DNA of 64,000 nucleotides from a virus (Duplodnaviria; Caudoviricetes). The translations under genes and the position numbers were made by a program. Every line of letters begins with the position of its first letter. The first letter of the stretch is position 1. The DNA lies in IMG/VR virus record IMGVR_UViG_3300011226_000001, positions 96,001 through 160,000 of that record. The stretch is one strand, 5' to 3'. This document shows, piece after piece, positions 36,114 to 45,507 of this stretch. A model generated the notes under the pieces. That model had not been told where the DNA came from, made no database searches, and was given only the letters and a program-made list of their open reading frames with translations.

Positions 36114-37691
36114 ATGAGTCAGCCATTTCTGATTAAAAATCCCTCGTACCAAGAGCTTCAAGCAATTCAATGGGTACGAGATAACATAGTTTTCGCCTGT
36201 CCGTACAACGGACCGGAAGAGAACGAAAAGGAGTTCAGGGAGCAAATCAACCTGTTCTTCTGGCATGTGCTTAACGTGTCTATCTATCGCTCCAAGCGTA
36301 ACAGGGGCGAGCTGTTCGGGGAAACGTTCTGTCCGTTCAGTTATTCGTACGGGCGATCTGTTCTGCCGCTAGTTTTCGGGGATTATCGACTGAAAACAGG
36401 TGCTGTTGCTGCATCGAAACAGAAAAGAGGTTCTAATCAGTTCAATAGGGCCCTTGACTGGTTAATCGAAAACGTGTTTGACGTTAAGCGTAAGAAGCTA
36501 GGCAAGAATGGCCAGCCGGGGAAATGTCGAGAGTATCGTGTTAAGCGATTCCACCTTGAGCAGATGTACCCTGTCGTACCGAGAACGCGATATGATTTGC
36601 TTAATACTGTGCGACTATATAGCCCACTGAAAGCACCTCAGTCTCGTTTCGGGCATACGATAATCGAGCGCATCCACGCGGCAGCGAAGAAGAAATTCAC
36701 GACGCGCAAACACGACCTGAGTCCCATCGACAAAAACTCGGGCCGTGAAGTCAAACGCTATTACAAACAGGTGTTAGATGTTTTAGCACCGAATGAAATC
36801 TTAATCGAACCGATACTTGCTTTCCTTGAGCAAATGTCCTTGCGTAACAACAAGAAAGACCAGAAGAAATTTCAACAGGCGATGTATCTGTTGGATTCTA
36901 TTCTGTCTGGGCCGATTGAGATTGTTGACGAAGACCCTCTGACAATCAGATACTGGCCGGCCTATAAAGTTGCGACTAAAGGTGGGCGACTGTTTGAGAT
37001 TGGCGGTGGTTTTCAAAACATGCCGAGCAAATTGAAACAGGCGTGCTATGTTGTTGGCGTAAACTGGGATATGAAGTCCAGCCAGCTCAACATCATTAAG
37101 AGGGAGTTTGCTGCGTACAACATCCCTTGCGCTCTTGTTGAAAGCCTTAATTCTGTAAATGAACTAGCAGAGATGATTGGTGAAAGTGTCGCAACTACCA
37201 AGAAGTGTTTCTATGGTACTGTGTATACTCTCGGTAAGATTCGACGTTCGGATAAAGGTCAGATATACGCGTCATTACTTGAATCGCATAAAGGTGATCG
37301 TGCGGCGACACACGCTATGCTTGACAAGTGGGACAAGTTGACCGAAGGTCTTGTTGAAGGATTGGTTATCTTACAGCAGCTTTATGAGAAGCGAGCACGA
37401 CGTTCAGGAAACAGAATGTACCTGACGTGTGCTACAGGCACAAAGTTCTCATGGCCGTTGAAAGGACCGTCATCGAAAGACAAACGAACGATGCTCAACC
37501 ATATCATTACAGGATTAGAGAGTTCGTATTTGTTTGAAGTCGTCAGGGATTCATCTCAGGTACGTTCCGTGTATTCTTTCGAACACGATGGTGCGCTGCT
37601 CCAACCGCTGCGCAATCTATCAAGCGACTACGCTAAGTTTGTTCGTAAGAAGTTTTCTGACACGATTGATTTTACTGAGGACAGCGAATGA
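36114..37691 (+). CDS. Divergent family-A-polymerase-like protein lacking exonuclease domains
   Basis: GGRLF..FQNMP, WDMKSSQLNI (motif A), TKKCFYGTVY (motif B), LNHIITG and FEHDG (motif C), in PolA order. Confidence 0.55.
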   Translation: MSQPFLIKNPSYQELQAIQWVRDNIVFACPYNGPEENEKEFREQINLFFWHVLNVSIYRSKRNRGELFGETFCPFSYSYGRSVLPLVFGDYRLKTGAVAASKQKRGSNQFNRALDWLIENVFDVKRKKLGKNGQPGKCREYRVKRFHLEQMYPVVPRTRYDLLNTVRLYSPLKAPQSRFGHTIIERIHAAAKKKFTTRKHDLSPIDKNSGREVKRYYKQVLDVLAPNEILIEPILAFLEQMSLRNNKKDQKKFQQAMYLLDSILSGPIEIVDEDPLTIRYWPAYKVATKGGRLFEIGGGFQNMPSKLKQACYVVGVNWDMKSSQLNIIKREFAAYNIPCALVESLNSVNELAEMIGESVATTKKCFYGTVYTLGKIRRSDKGQIYASLLESHKGDRAATHAMLDKWDKLTEGLVEGLVILQQLYEKRARRSGNRMYLTCATGTKFSWPLKGPSSKDKRTMLNHIITGLESSYLFEVVRDSSQVRSVYSFEHDGALLQPLRNLSSDYAKFVRKKFSDTIDFTEDSE

Positions 37692-38191
37692 GTTTGCTTG
37701 AAGTTCTATTTCGGTTGGAGTTTGTTCTGTCCGAAAGTGTTGAACTGCCGCCGAGCCAATGGCCGATTCTGGCTAATAAAAAAGTTGTCAATCGCCTGAT
37801 CGAAACTGCGAGTCTGACGGACATAGAGAGTACCTCTCCTGAGCTTCATCGGAGTTACTTGAAGTGTGTTGCAGGCTTCGACCCTAAAAAGCCGTACTCC
37901 TCAATCAAGCGTCTTGTTGATTCTGGAGACTATACGATCTGCTATGCTCGTGATTATTTGAACGTGCGTTTCCCTAAGAAAGCCCAGAAGTTCACAGAGC
38001 TTCATGACGCAATCTGGAAACGTGTTATCGAAGACGACGAAGACTGGCAGGCGGAATTAGAAGGTCAAGAGTTCACAGCTATGTTCGGTCACGACGAAGA
38101 CATAGCTGACTTTGCTGAATTTGCAGAAGCAAATGACGCCATGGAAGATTGTGATTTTCCTTGGACCCATCTGAAACTCAAACCTGTTTAG
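37688..38191 (+). CDS. Hypothetical protein
   Basis: 167 aa, ATGA overlap. Confidence 0.68.
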   Translation: MSLLEVLFRLEFVLSESVELPPSQWPILANKKVVNRLIETASLTDIESTSPELHRSYLKCVAGFDPKKPYSSIKRLVDSGDYTICYARDYLNVRFPKKAQKFTELHDAIWKRVIEDDEDWQAELEGQEFTAMFGHDEDIADFAEFAEANDAMEDCDFPWTHLKLKPV

Positions 38192-38202
38192 AGGAATAAC
38201 GA

Positions 38203-38394
38203 ATGACAGCTATCGTCAAACATATCTCCGTGCATCCTAAGTTTCGTTACGCCCGTCGCGTAGGTATCTTTGACGAGCTGGACAAACGTGAAGCCGAGGC
38301 CAAGCGTAAGCAGAATGCGAAGCGTCAGCAAAACAAAATGGTGAGCTATGGGTATAGTTATGCTCAAAGCCCCTTCACTCCTCCTGAGAAATGA
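38203..38394 (+). CDS. Small basic protein
   Basis: 63 aa, GAGG SD. Confidence 0.58.
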   Translation: MTAIVKHISVHPKFRYARRVGIFDELDKREAEAKRKQNAKRQQNKMVSYGYSYAQSPFTPPEK

Positions 38395-38401
38395 GGTTAC
38401 T

Positions 38402-38920
38402 ATGAATAATCTCGCACACAGCATAGTCGAAAGCCTTGCTGGGAAGTCCTGTTCGGTAGAAGCATGTAAGACTAAACACCCTTACATGGATTTACTCCGG
38501 ATGTGCGCCTCACCTTCTATTTTGGTGGACGCACCTCATTTCTTTTTGTCGCATACCGATATACCCGATTTTGATATTGCTTATTTCGGACAAGACGAGT
38601 ACACAGGCATGACCGGTGCAGATGCTCGTCAGGTCAGTACGCTGTCTGAGTTGCAATACGAACTCGATGAAATGAAGAACGCCTCGAAGCCGCGTTTAGT
38701 CATCGCCAATCTTGCGCATCTCGGGCTTGACCGACCTGTCGCCTTGAACATGATTGCCGAATATCTCGAAGACGGTGACATGTGGGATGAACAGGTGCTG
38801 GTGTCTGTCGAGGCAGCAACAACTTGGGTACCAGCCCAAGAAGAGCAGACCCTCGGTCGAATCCGTCGTGGACATACCGCAGAAGTCCATGTCCACTACT
38901 CTGAACCAATTGCAGAATAG
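38402..38920 (+). CDS. Hypothetical protein
   Basis: Start MNNLAH at 38402 with GAGG SD. Confidence 0.65.
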   Translation: MNNLAHSIVESLAGKSCSVEACKTKHPYMDLLRMCASPSILVDAPHFFLSHTDIPDFDIAYFGQDEYTGMTGADARQVSTLSELQYELDEMKNASKPRLVIANLAHLGLDRPVALNMIAEYLEDGDMWDEQVLVSVEAATTWVPAQEEQTLGRIRRGHTAEVHVHYSEPIAE

Positions 38921-38926
38921 GCATTT

Positions 38927-39901
38927 ATGAAACATAGTGAAAGAGATTACGTTGTCGTAAGACAGGGTAATAAAAATCATCTTGTTCTGGCTACTGGCAA
39001 AACTGTTGGCATTTTGGCTAATACACTCGGTTCGCCTGATCCAGAAACAATCAAGTTCAGTCCTAAAGCTGGTGACGTTCTCGCTGTCTTGGGCCCAGAC
39101 CCTGAGCCAGGTATGTCAGTATGTGGTGTGACTGTAAGACCGTACGCTTCAATGCCTGTCTATGGCGGTCTGCCTCGTCTTGCTCTTTACGGGCGTGAGG
39201 CCGAAGTCGCTAAAGCGTGTCGCATCGCAGTCAAGAAACTTCCGAAGATTATCGAGAAGTACAATCTGCAAGAAGCGGTTCGTCGCTGCAAGCAAATCAA
39301 CTTCATCCAGCAGTCTGGTTCGAAGACGCACTCGTTCAAATCCAAGTTCCGTAAGGACGAATGGCACGACGAGATCAATGTGTTCGTTGATCGTGACTGC
39401 GTATCGGTTGACGTGTATAACAAACTGATGATTGCTCTTGGCGAATCAGTGTGGACGCACCTGCTGAGTTCTAAACGCAAAGTCCGCTGGATGATGCTGT
39501 TTAAGAAACTGCGTAACGTGCAGCGCCTGAACCTGAGTACGCTGACTGGTCTGCTCGAAGACTTCCAGCGAGCTGGTGACGCTAAAGACGTGAAGAACGT
39601 TGTGTCCGAAGACCTGCTGCCTTTCGTTGACATGATCTTCCGAACGATTGCGCGTCAGAACAGTATCTCGGTCCGTGAGCTGGAACTGATTGCTGCCAAC
39701 GACAGTCAGGCTGTTGCCGAACTGTGGCCCGGTGAGATGCAGATTGCTGAGGGTCGTCCTGACCTTGATAAAGCGATTATGAAAAATCCTACCACGCTGT
39801 TTGCTAACGTGTTCGCTCGTCATATCGACGGCATCGACACAGGCAAGACGTTGCGCAAGGCAATCAAGAACAGCCTGAAAGAGATCAGTGGCGCAGAGTA
39901 A
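38927..39901 (+). CDS. Hypothetical protein (324 aa)
   Basis: Long ORF in operon. Confidence 0.75.
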   Translation: MKHSERDYVVVRQGNKNHLVLATGKTVGILANTLGSPDPETIKFSPKAGDVLAVLGPDPEPGMSVCGVTVRPYASMPVYGGLPRLALYGREAEVAKACRIAVKKLPKIIEKYNLQEAVRRCKQINFIQQSGSKTHSFKSKFRKDEWHDEINVFVDRDCVSVDVYNKLMIALGESVWTHLLSSKRKVRWMMLFKKLRNVQRLNLSTLTGLLEDFQRAGDAKDVKNVVSEDLLPFVDMIFRTIARQNSISVRELELIAANDSQAVAELWPGEMQIAEGRPDLDKAIMKNPTTLFANVFARHIDGIDTGKTLRKAIKNSLKEISGAE

Positions 39902-40473
39902 TGCACCGCCTTAATCGCGTCAAAGCAGAGCACCTGTTGAAATGTCAAGGGTTAAAACAAGCCCTTGACTATTTCGATCAGACAGCGAACTCTCACCCAC
40001 TCTACACTCGGGACTTCTCGTTAAATGTCGTGTTAACCTCACACGCCATGTTGAACATCGAGACCGGTCCGAAGTTAGAAATAAATCTGCTGCTCGCTTC
40101 CCTCTTTCTCCGTATGCCGACTTCTTCGGACTACGACTTTATGCAGACCGTGAGTGCTGTACGTAGGTTTTTCAAAACACACCGCAACATTGGTAATGAA
40201 GACCGTGTGATCTCTTACATACTCGATCAGGAAACAGAGATGCGTCCTGTAACTGAGATGGGCAACGTGCTGCACGATGCTGAGATCTTAACGTTCCTCA
40301 TTCAACCTCCATCATCAATCATCGACTTCGTTCAACAGAAAACAGGCAGAGATGTTATTAGCTCGCGCCTATTCCTTGAACGCATTGTGGTAGCTCAAAC
40401 GATGTATACACCTCTCGGTCGTGACATGCTCCGAGATTTGTCTGCGTCTATCTTGGTTGATTTGAGGGCATAG
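39901..40473 (+). CDS. Hypothetical protein, possibly degenerate HD fold
   Basis: VLHDAEIL resembles the HD C-terminal block but no HD dyad is present. Confidence 0.55.
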   Translation: MHRLNRVKAEHLLKCQGLKQALDYFDQTANSHPLYTRDFSLNVVLTSHAMLNIETGPKLEINLLLASLFLRMPTSSDYDFMQTVSAVRRFFKTHRNIGNEDRVISYILDQETEMRPVTEMGNVLHDAEILTFLIQPPSSIIDFVQQKTGRDVISSRLFLERIVVAQTMYTPLGRDMLRDLSASILVDLRA

Positions 40474-40476
40474 TTT

Positions 40477-40821
40477 ATGGACGACGAGGACTTCGATTTT
40501 GAGTTCGGAGCAGACGATGACAGCGGTTACTACATCGACCAGCCCCTGCACATGGTGATGGACGGCGATGATGCAATCGTTGGACACCTCGTCGATTCCG
40601 GTGACAATGTATTAATGTACGGCGCCTACTTTGTTGTTGACGATGAAGAAGACCCAGACGCTGCTACGCTTATCGAGGTTCCAATCTTCAAAGTAGATCC
40701 TCTCGCCGATATCATCGTTGTAATGAACGCGGACGAAATGCGAATGCGCTATACCAGCGAGTTGCTCACTCTCGCCTTCATCAACGATATTCCTCTGGTA
40801 GTTAAAAGCACGAGGCATTAA
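40477..40821 (+). CDS. Highly acidic protein
   Basis: 114 aa, D-rich. Confidence 0.68.
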   Translation: MDDEDFDFEFGADDDSGYYIDQPLHMVMDGDDAIVGHLVDSGDNVLMYGAYFVVDDEEDPDAATLIEVPIFKVDPLADIIVVMNADEMRMRYTSELLTLAFINDIPLVVKSTRH

Positions 40822-41408
40822 TGATCAAACATATTTTCTTCGACATGGACGACACGGCATTTGATACGCACAACTTCATGTTGTGTTATCTGATGAACTG
40901 GGGAATCTACCCTGGGACAGATACTTACATCACTCCTGAAAACGGCCACCAGCCTTTTGTCGATATGCTGGAAGATGGTCGCTTCATGTTAGAAGCCAAC
41001 ATGCGTGACTACTTCATCCAGACTGTGGCGTTCCTGGTGCGCGAAGGATTCAGCGTCGGCATTTGTACGCATCGTGGCTACCATGCTAAGGGTGAACGCA
41101 ACACACGTAAGGCTCTGGAGAAACACCTGTCGTTGTTCGATCACATCGACGTGCTGGACAGTCGCCAACATCCTGACAAGATTGCTTACCTCAATGAGAA
41201 GTACGGGGAAGGTACTTGGATTCTTGTTGACGACAATCCTGTTACTGCTGTGCGTGACAAGTTCACTCGCGTTGGTGATCAACTGGTACTGCCGCGTAAC
41301 GTGTTGCTGTTTACCAAAGGATGGAACCTGCACATCGATCATCCTCATCGAATTGAATCATTCGACAGACAACATTTCTTGTCAAAGCTGCGTCCAATGC
41401 TGAACTAA
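40821..41408 (+). CDS. HAD-family 5'(3')-deoxyribonucleotidase-like phosphatase
   Basis: IFFDMDDT, ICTHRG, DK and ILVDDNP motifs. Confidence 0.8.
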   Translation: MIKHIFFDMDDTAFDTHNFMLCYLMNWGIYPGTDTYITPENGHQPFVDMLEDGRFMLEANMRDYFIQTVAFLVREGFSVGICTHRGYHAKGERNTRKALEKHLSLFDHIDVLDSRQHPDKIAYLNEKYGEGTWILVDDNPVTAVRDKFTRVGDQLVLPRNVLLFTKGWNLHIDHPHRIESFDRQHFLSKLRPMLN

Positions 41409-41449
41409 GAATTGTCTGAATATTTCGGAATGTTTCTAATTTATAACAG

Positions 41450-41785
41450 TACAAAACAGTGCATACGGAGTTTGCGCTGACTGTTTAGTTCGGCCTGTTT
41501 CTTTTGCCGAATTTGGGGATAGGCCGAACTCTTTTTTGTACAGACTCGGCCCTGAGTCACCCTAGGCCAACTAGCGTAACACCGCGTTATCGCTAATGGC
41601 CGAAAGCGGCTGCTCTAGGCTGCGAACTCCGCTACCTGCCGAAACGTTCGCTGCCGCAAAGAGCGTAAGACCGCAAGCGCTACCGTGTCGGTGCAATTGA
41701 AAGACACGGGGAGAAAGCCCTGGCTAGACCGTCATCTGGCGAGGGTGGACTCCAATATGTTTTCTCTGAGAGCCTATTGGAGTTT
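41450..41785 (+). ncRNA. Candidate structured non-coding RNA or RNAs
   Basis: ORF-free gap of about 470 nt; CTAATTT upstream; multiple stems and a long-range helix 41554-41563/41742-41752. Confidence 0.55.
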
Positions 41786-41876
41786 AAGACTTTTCTGACT
41801 TTATTCTTGTGTGACTACTCGCAGTAAACTGTAAACATAATTCAGAAGAACGAGAAATTTTAGCACAGGAGAATAG

Positions 41877-42074
41877 ATGCTTCGTAAACCAAGCTACCGT
41901 GTTGTCGCCGACTTGATTCAGGCTGACGGTACATTCACCACTCACACCGTAGAGAGTGGCATAAAAGATTATGACGTAGTGGAACAGAAACTTGAGTCAA
42001 TCAAGAACAACCCACCGTCCAACTTTAAGCACTTCTTCCGTGTCGTACCACGATGGGAAATGTGCTTTGCCTAA
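41877..42074 (+). CDS. Small hypothetical protein
   Basis: 65 aa, AGGAG SD, CTGTAAACA upstream. Confidence 0.65.
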   Translation: MLRKPSYRVVADLIQADGTFTTHTVESGIKDYDVVEQKLESIKNNPPSNFKHFFRVVPRWEMCFA

Positions 42075-42219
42075 TCGACAGCGCCCACTGCCGATGCGTT
42101 ACCATCCAAAACTTATTGTAACACCATAAGGACCCTCCATTTTTGGATGTGGTCCTTTCTTTTTGTCTGAATACTGTAAATACCTGATGTAACGCATCAA
42201 ACTATAGGGCGAAAGTAAA

Positions 42220-43503
42220 ATGGCGAAAGAAGAAAAGAAAAAGAAGAAAGCGCGTTCCTTCGGTGACGATAAGCCATCGAAAAAGAAAAGCGGATCTTCT
42301 GAGTCAGTTGAGTTGACTACGGTTAACTTTGCTGATCAGTTCCGACCTAAACGTATCGAAGACTACGTTGGTCAAGACCACATCGTTAAGATCATGAAGG
42401 GTTGGCAGAAGTCGAAAACGATTCCGTCAACGATGATCATTACCGGCCACCTCGGTTCTGGTAAGACAACGTTCGCACGTCTGGTGGCGAAGTACATCAA
42501 CTGCGATTCGTTCTCTGCGTGTGGCAAGTGTCGTTCATGTCAGCTTATGGAAACTGGCGGCCACATGGACGTACAAGAATTTGATATGGGTGGCGATGCA
42601 GGTAAAGTAGACGGCTCACAGAAGATTGTTGACTCTGCACCGTTAAGCCCGATGTTCAAACGTCGCGTGTTCATCTTCGATGAATCGCACCTCATGTCCA
42701 GTGCTGCTGAATCCAAGCTGCTCAAGATTACCGAACAGCCACCAGCGCACGTTGTCTTCATCTTCGTAACAACGAACCCAGAGAAGATGAAAGGCACGAT
42801 GATCAGTCGTATGACGCAACTGCCTATCAGACCTATTCCAACTGACGTGATTCATAAGCGTCTGGTTGAGATTGGCGAGAAGCTGGACATCATGCCGAAG
42901 AAAGACAAAGCGCGTGAGAAAGCAGAAGCGGCACTGTATCAGGTTGCAGAATACGCTGGTGGTCAGATGCGTGGTGCAATCACCATGCTGCAAAACATTT
43001 ACTCGTCTGTTAAAGGCGGCGAAGACTTTGATAAGAACCTCGTTGCAGAACTCGCTGCTGCTGATCCAGAAATCGACATGGAAGCGAAAGCAGTTCAGAT
43101 GATTGGTGCTTATCTCAGTATGGACCTGATTGGTGTTATTCAGTTCCTGCGTGAAGCGAACAACCCTCGTGCAATCGTAGCGAAAGCGCGTTGGATCATT
43201 CACGGTGTGCTGGGTCATTACGCCGAAACGAATAAGTGGCAGTCAGCTGGCCTCAAGATGTTTATGAACATGATCAAGAAAGACAAAATCAAAGTCAATC
43301 TGGTCAGTCTGGTGTATCTGCAATCCGCATTAGCAGACGCCGAAGTAGCATTCAACTCTACATCGGTACCTGCGGATATCATGCTGGAAACAGGCATCAC
43401 CAGAACAATGTCTGATATCTACAGTGGCAAGCTGGTGATTGATTTGGGTAATGACGACGAAGACGACGAACCCAAAGAGAAGAAAAAGAAAAAGAAGAAG
43501 TAA
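42220..43503 (+). CDS. dnaX: Clamp loader, DNA polymerase III gamma/tau-like AAA+ ATPase
   Basis: FRPKRIEDYVGQ, GHLGSGKTT, NC..CGKCRSC, IFDESH, ISR and GQMR. Confidence 0.88.
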   Translation: MAKEEKKKKKARSFGDDKPSKKKSGSSESVELTTVNFADQFRPKRIEDYVGQDHIVKIMKGWQKSKTIPSTMIITGHLGSGKTTFARLVAKYINCDSFSACGKCRSCQLMETGGHMDVQEFDMGGDAGKVDGSQKIVDSAPLSPMFKRRVFIFDESHLMSSAAESKLLKITEQPPAHVVFIFVTTNPEKMKGTMISRMTQLPIRPIPTDVIHKRLVEIGEKLDIMPKKDKAREKAEAALYQVAEYAGGQMRGAITMLQNIYSSVKGGEDFDKNLVAELAAADPEIDMEAKAVQMIGAYLSMDLIGVIQFLREANNPRAIVAKARWIIHGVLGHYAETNKWQSAGLKMFMNMIKKDKIKVNLVSLVYLQSALADAEVAFNSTSVPADIMLETGITRTMSDIYSGKLVIDLGNDDEDDEPKEKKKKKKK

Positions 43504-43513
43504 TAAATAAGTG

Positions 43514-43547
43514 AAAAATGGGTGGCTAAATAGCTGCCCATTTTTAT
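43514..43547 (+). terminator. Intrinsic terminator
   Basis: ATGGGTGGCTA..TAGCTGCCCAT followed by TTTT. Confidence 0.7.
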
Positions 43548-43612
43548 TTCAGAAATGTCTGACTCGTTAGTAATTTTAACTACAATCAATCATACAGCTC
43601 TGGAAGACAATA

Positions 43613-44149
43613 ATGGAAATCTTTGTATCACTCTCGAAGATTACAGTTGGGTCTGAGGGCATGGCGAAGATCGACAGTCCATGTACCACACCTGACTTAA
43701 AGAAACTCGCATCGCTTATCTTTGGTCTTGCACGATTTGACCAAGACGTATTCGGTTCAATCACCACACGCAAAGGCACGTTGTCTGCTGTGCGTGAAGG
43801 TGAAGAGGGTGCTATCTGGTTGCTGGGCGATAAACGTCTTACAGACGCCAATGATTTTATGCAGGTCATGAAGCCAATGCCTATGGTTGGTCCTACTGGC
43901 GCTGGTGATTTCTACATGACGTTGAACGTACCACAACGTCCTACTCAATTTTTGATCTGCCCTAAGGGTGGTCACTCCATTTTGTGGTTCGCTAATGACA
44001 AAGCTCTTATCGACCACTACGCAGAACGCGATGCCAAGCCATCTCTCAAGATGATGCTTACAGGCAATCGCGGAAACGCATCCGTGATTCGTTCGTGGTC
44101 TGGCGCGGATATCGAAGACGAAGAAATTCTTCAACTTCAATCCGCATGA
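43613..44149 (+). CDS. Protein with VSLS leader
   Basis: MEIFVSLSKI; GTAATTTT upstream. Confidence 0.72.
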   Translation: MEIFVSLSKITVGSEGMAKIDSPCTTPDLKKLASLIFGLARFDQDVFGSITTRKGTLSAVREGEEGAIWLLGDKRLTDANDFMQVMKPMPMVGPTGAGDFYMTLNVPQRPTQFLICPKGGHSILWFANDKALIDHYAERDAKPSLKMMLTGNRGNASVIRSWSGADIEDEEILQLQSA

Positions 44150-44271
44150 GGAGGTGATCCCCATCTCCTCGCTCACTACTGCGAGGTTAAATAATCGTAG
44201 TAGACCTAACCAGTCGGGTGCATAGCGCGCCATTCTACACAGGGTGGCCTTCGGGTCGCCCTTTTCTTTTT
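44148..44271 (+). other. Structured intergenic element ending in a terminator
   Basis: AGGAGGTGATCC, alternative hairpins or pseudoknot, then GGGTGGCC-TTCG-GGTCGCCC-TTTT. Confidence 0.5.
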
Positions 44272-44282
44272 CAGGAGCACGT

Positions 44283-44729
44283 ATGAAAATTCTTATCAGC
44301 CTGAGCACTCGCACGAGTCCTCTCGAAGATACGAAAGTCAGTCTTGAGAACTCGAAAGATGATCTCAAGGGTGCCCAACGCCGTTCGCAGTTAGCTCGTA
44401 AGAAACTTAACGAGAAACAGTCTGACGGTGATACCAAAGGCGTTAAGTCTGCCCGTGCCGAAGTTGATGCTACGCGCACATCGGTCAAGACTCAACAGGA
44501 CATTGTTCGAACCAACCAACAACGTGTATCCCGTGCTGCTGTCGTTGATCGTTTGGTCAAAGAATGGAACCGCCTTGAGAAGTTGAAAGGCACTGAACAA
44601 GACACCGACCAGATTAAGACACAACGTGCTGACCTGTCGAAGAAGATCATCGAAGCACGTAAGGCACTTAGAGCAATCAAACGCCCTAAGTCTACGATCA
44701 AGAAAGTTAAGAAGCCACGGAGATACTGA
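44283..44729 (+). CDS. Basic coiled-coil protein with ISLS leader
   Basis: Start MKILISLSTR at 44283 with AGGAG SD. Confidence 0.72.
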   Translation: MKILISLSTRTSPLEDTKVSLENSKDDLKGAQRRSQLARKKLNEKQSDGDTKGVKSARAEVDATRTSVKTQQDIVRTNQQRVSRAAVVDRLVKEWNRLEKLKGTEQDTDQIKTQRADLSKKIIEARKALRAIKRPKSTIKKVKKPRRY

Positions 44730-45007
44730 TGGAATACACCGTCGATCTTTCTAAGCCTTGCGTTCCTTCTTCGGAGTCGGACTACAAGGCGCTGTGTAAA
44801 CTGGATGCGCATATCCGCGATACGGAACGTGACCAACTCGAAGCCTTACCTGCTGTAATCCACTATCTGGATGATCAACTCGTTTGGCCTAGACGCAATC
44901 ACAGGCTACTGTGTCGTCGCATCGGTCTTGAGAATGTTAGCGGTCCTTTCTACGAAGACCACTATCTGGATAACGGCGTTCGTAAAGTGTTCTCAGGGGC
45001 TGCCTAA
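44729..45007 (+). CDS. Hypothetical protein
   Basis: 92 aa, TGATG overlap. Confidence 0.62.
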   Translation: MEYTVDLSKPCVPSSESDYKALCKLDAHIRDTERDQLEALPAVIHYLDDQLVWPRRNHRLLCRRIGLENVSGPFYEDHYLDNGVRKVFSGAA

Positions 45008-45088
45008 CGGTGGCCCTTCTTTTTGTCTGATGCCTTAAAAACTGTAAATAGCGAGTATCATTTATATACTATACATAGGTCCCTGACT

Positions 45089-45304
45089 ATGGAACGCAAT
45101 ACCGTTATCAATATTTCCGTATCAAAACGTTGGAATGTCATGCGCAATGACCGTGACATTCATCCTGTAACAGGCAAAGAAGAAACTGTGCCGCAGTGCA
45201 TCTTTGTTTCTGATCGTCCACTAACTGATGATCGCCTGAATGAATTACGTGCAAAGTACAACGCACCAGAACTGTGGGTTGAGCCAGCTGGAGTGTTTCA
45301 CTAA
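45089..45304 (+). CDS. Hypothetical protein
   Basis: Likely start MERN, downstream of CTGTAAATA. Confidence 0.55.
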   Translation: MERNTVINISVSKRWNVMRNDRDIHPVTGKEETVPQCIFVSDRPLTDDRLNELRAKYNAPELWVEPAGVFH

Positions 45305-45507
45305 TGACTACGCTGATCAAACGCGATCCTATCGCACTGCCTTTGTGGCGTATCATCAAACCTGTTGTGTCGGACACGCGTGACGAATCTATTTCGTATG
45401 ACGTTATCGCCGAGTCATCTACTGAATACACCGCTGATGAGATTGAGGTGTTCGAGCAAACTCATGGCTCTGGTCTGGTGCAGGAAGAAACTGTCGAGTA
45501 TTTCTAA
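45304..45507 (+). CDS. Small acidic protein
   Basis: TAATG overlaps on both sides. Confidence 0.6.
   Translation: MTTLIKRDPIALPLWRIIKPVVSDTRDESISYDVIAESSTEYTADEIEVFEQTHGSGLVQEETVEYF

Noticed and set aside
41450-41785. tRNA, tmRNA or RNase P identity for the structured region
   Set aside because: No T-loop (GTTCRA) with acceptor/CCA end, no tag ORF, and only a loose GAGAAAGCCC resemblance to RNase P.
44167-44240. Pistol ribozyme (hairpin followed by TTAAATA)
   Set aside because: The linker resembles pistol, but I could not place P2/P3 or the cleavage-site GU; kept only as a generic pseudoknot.
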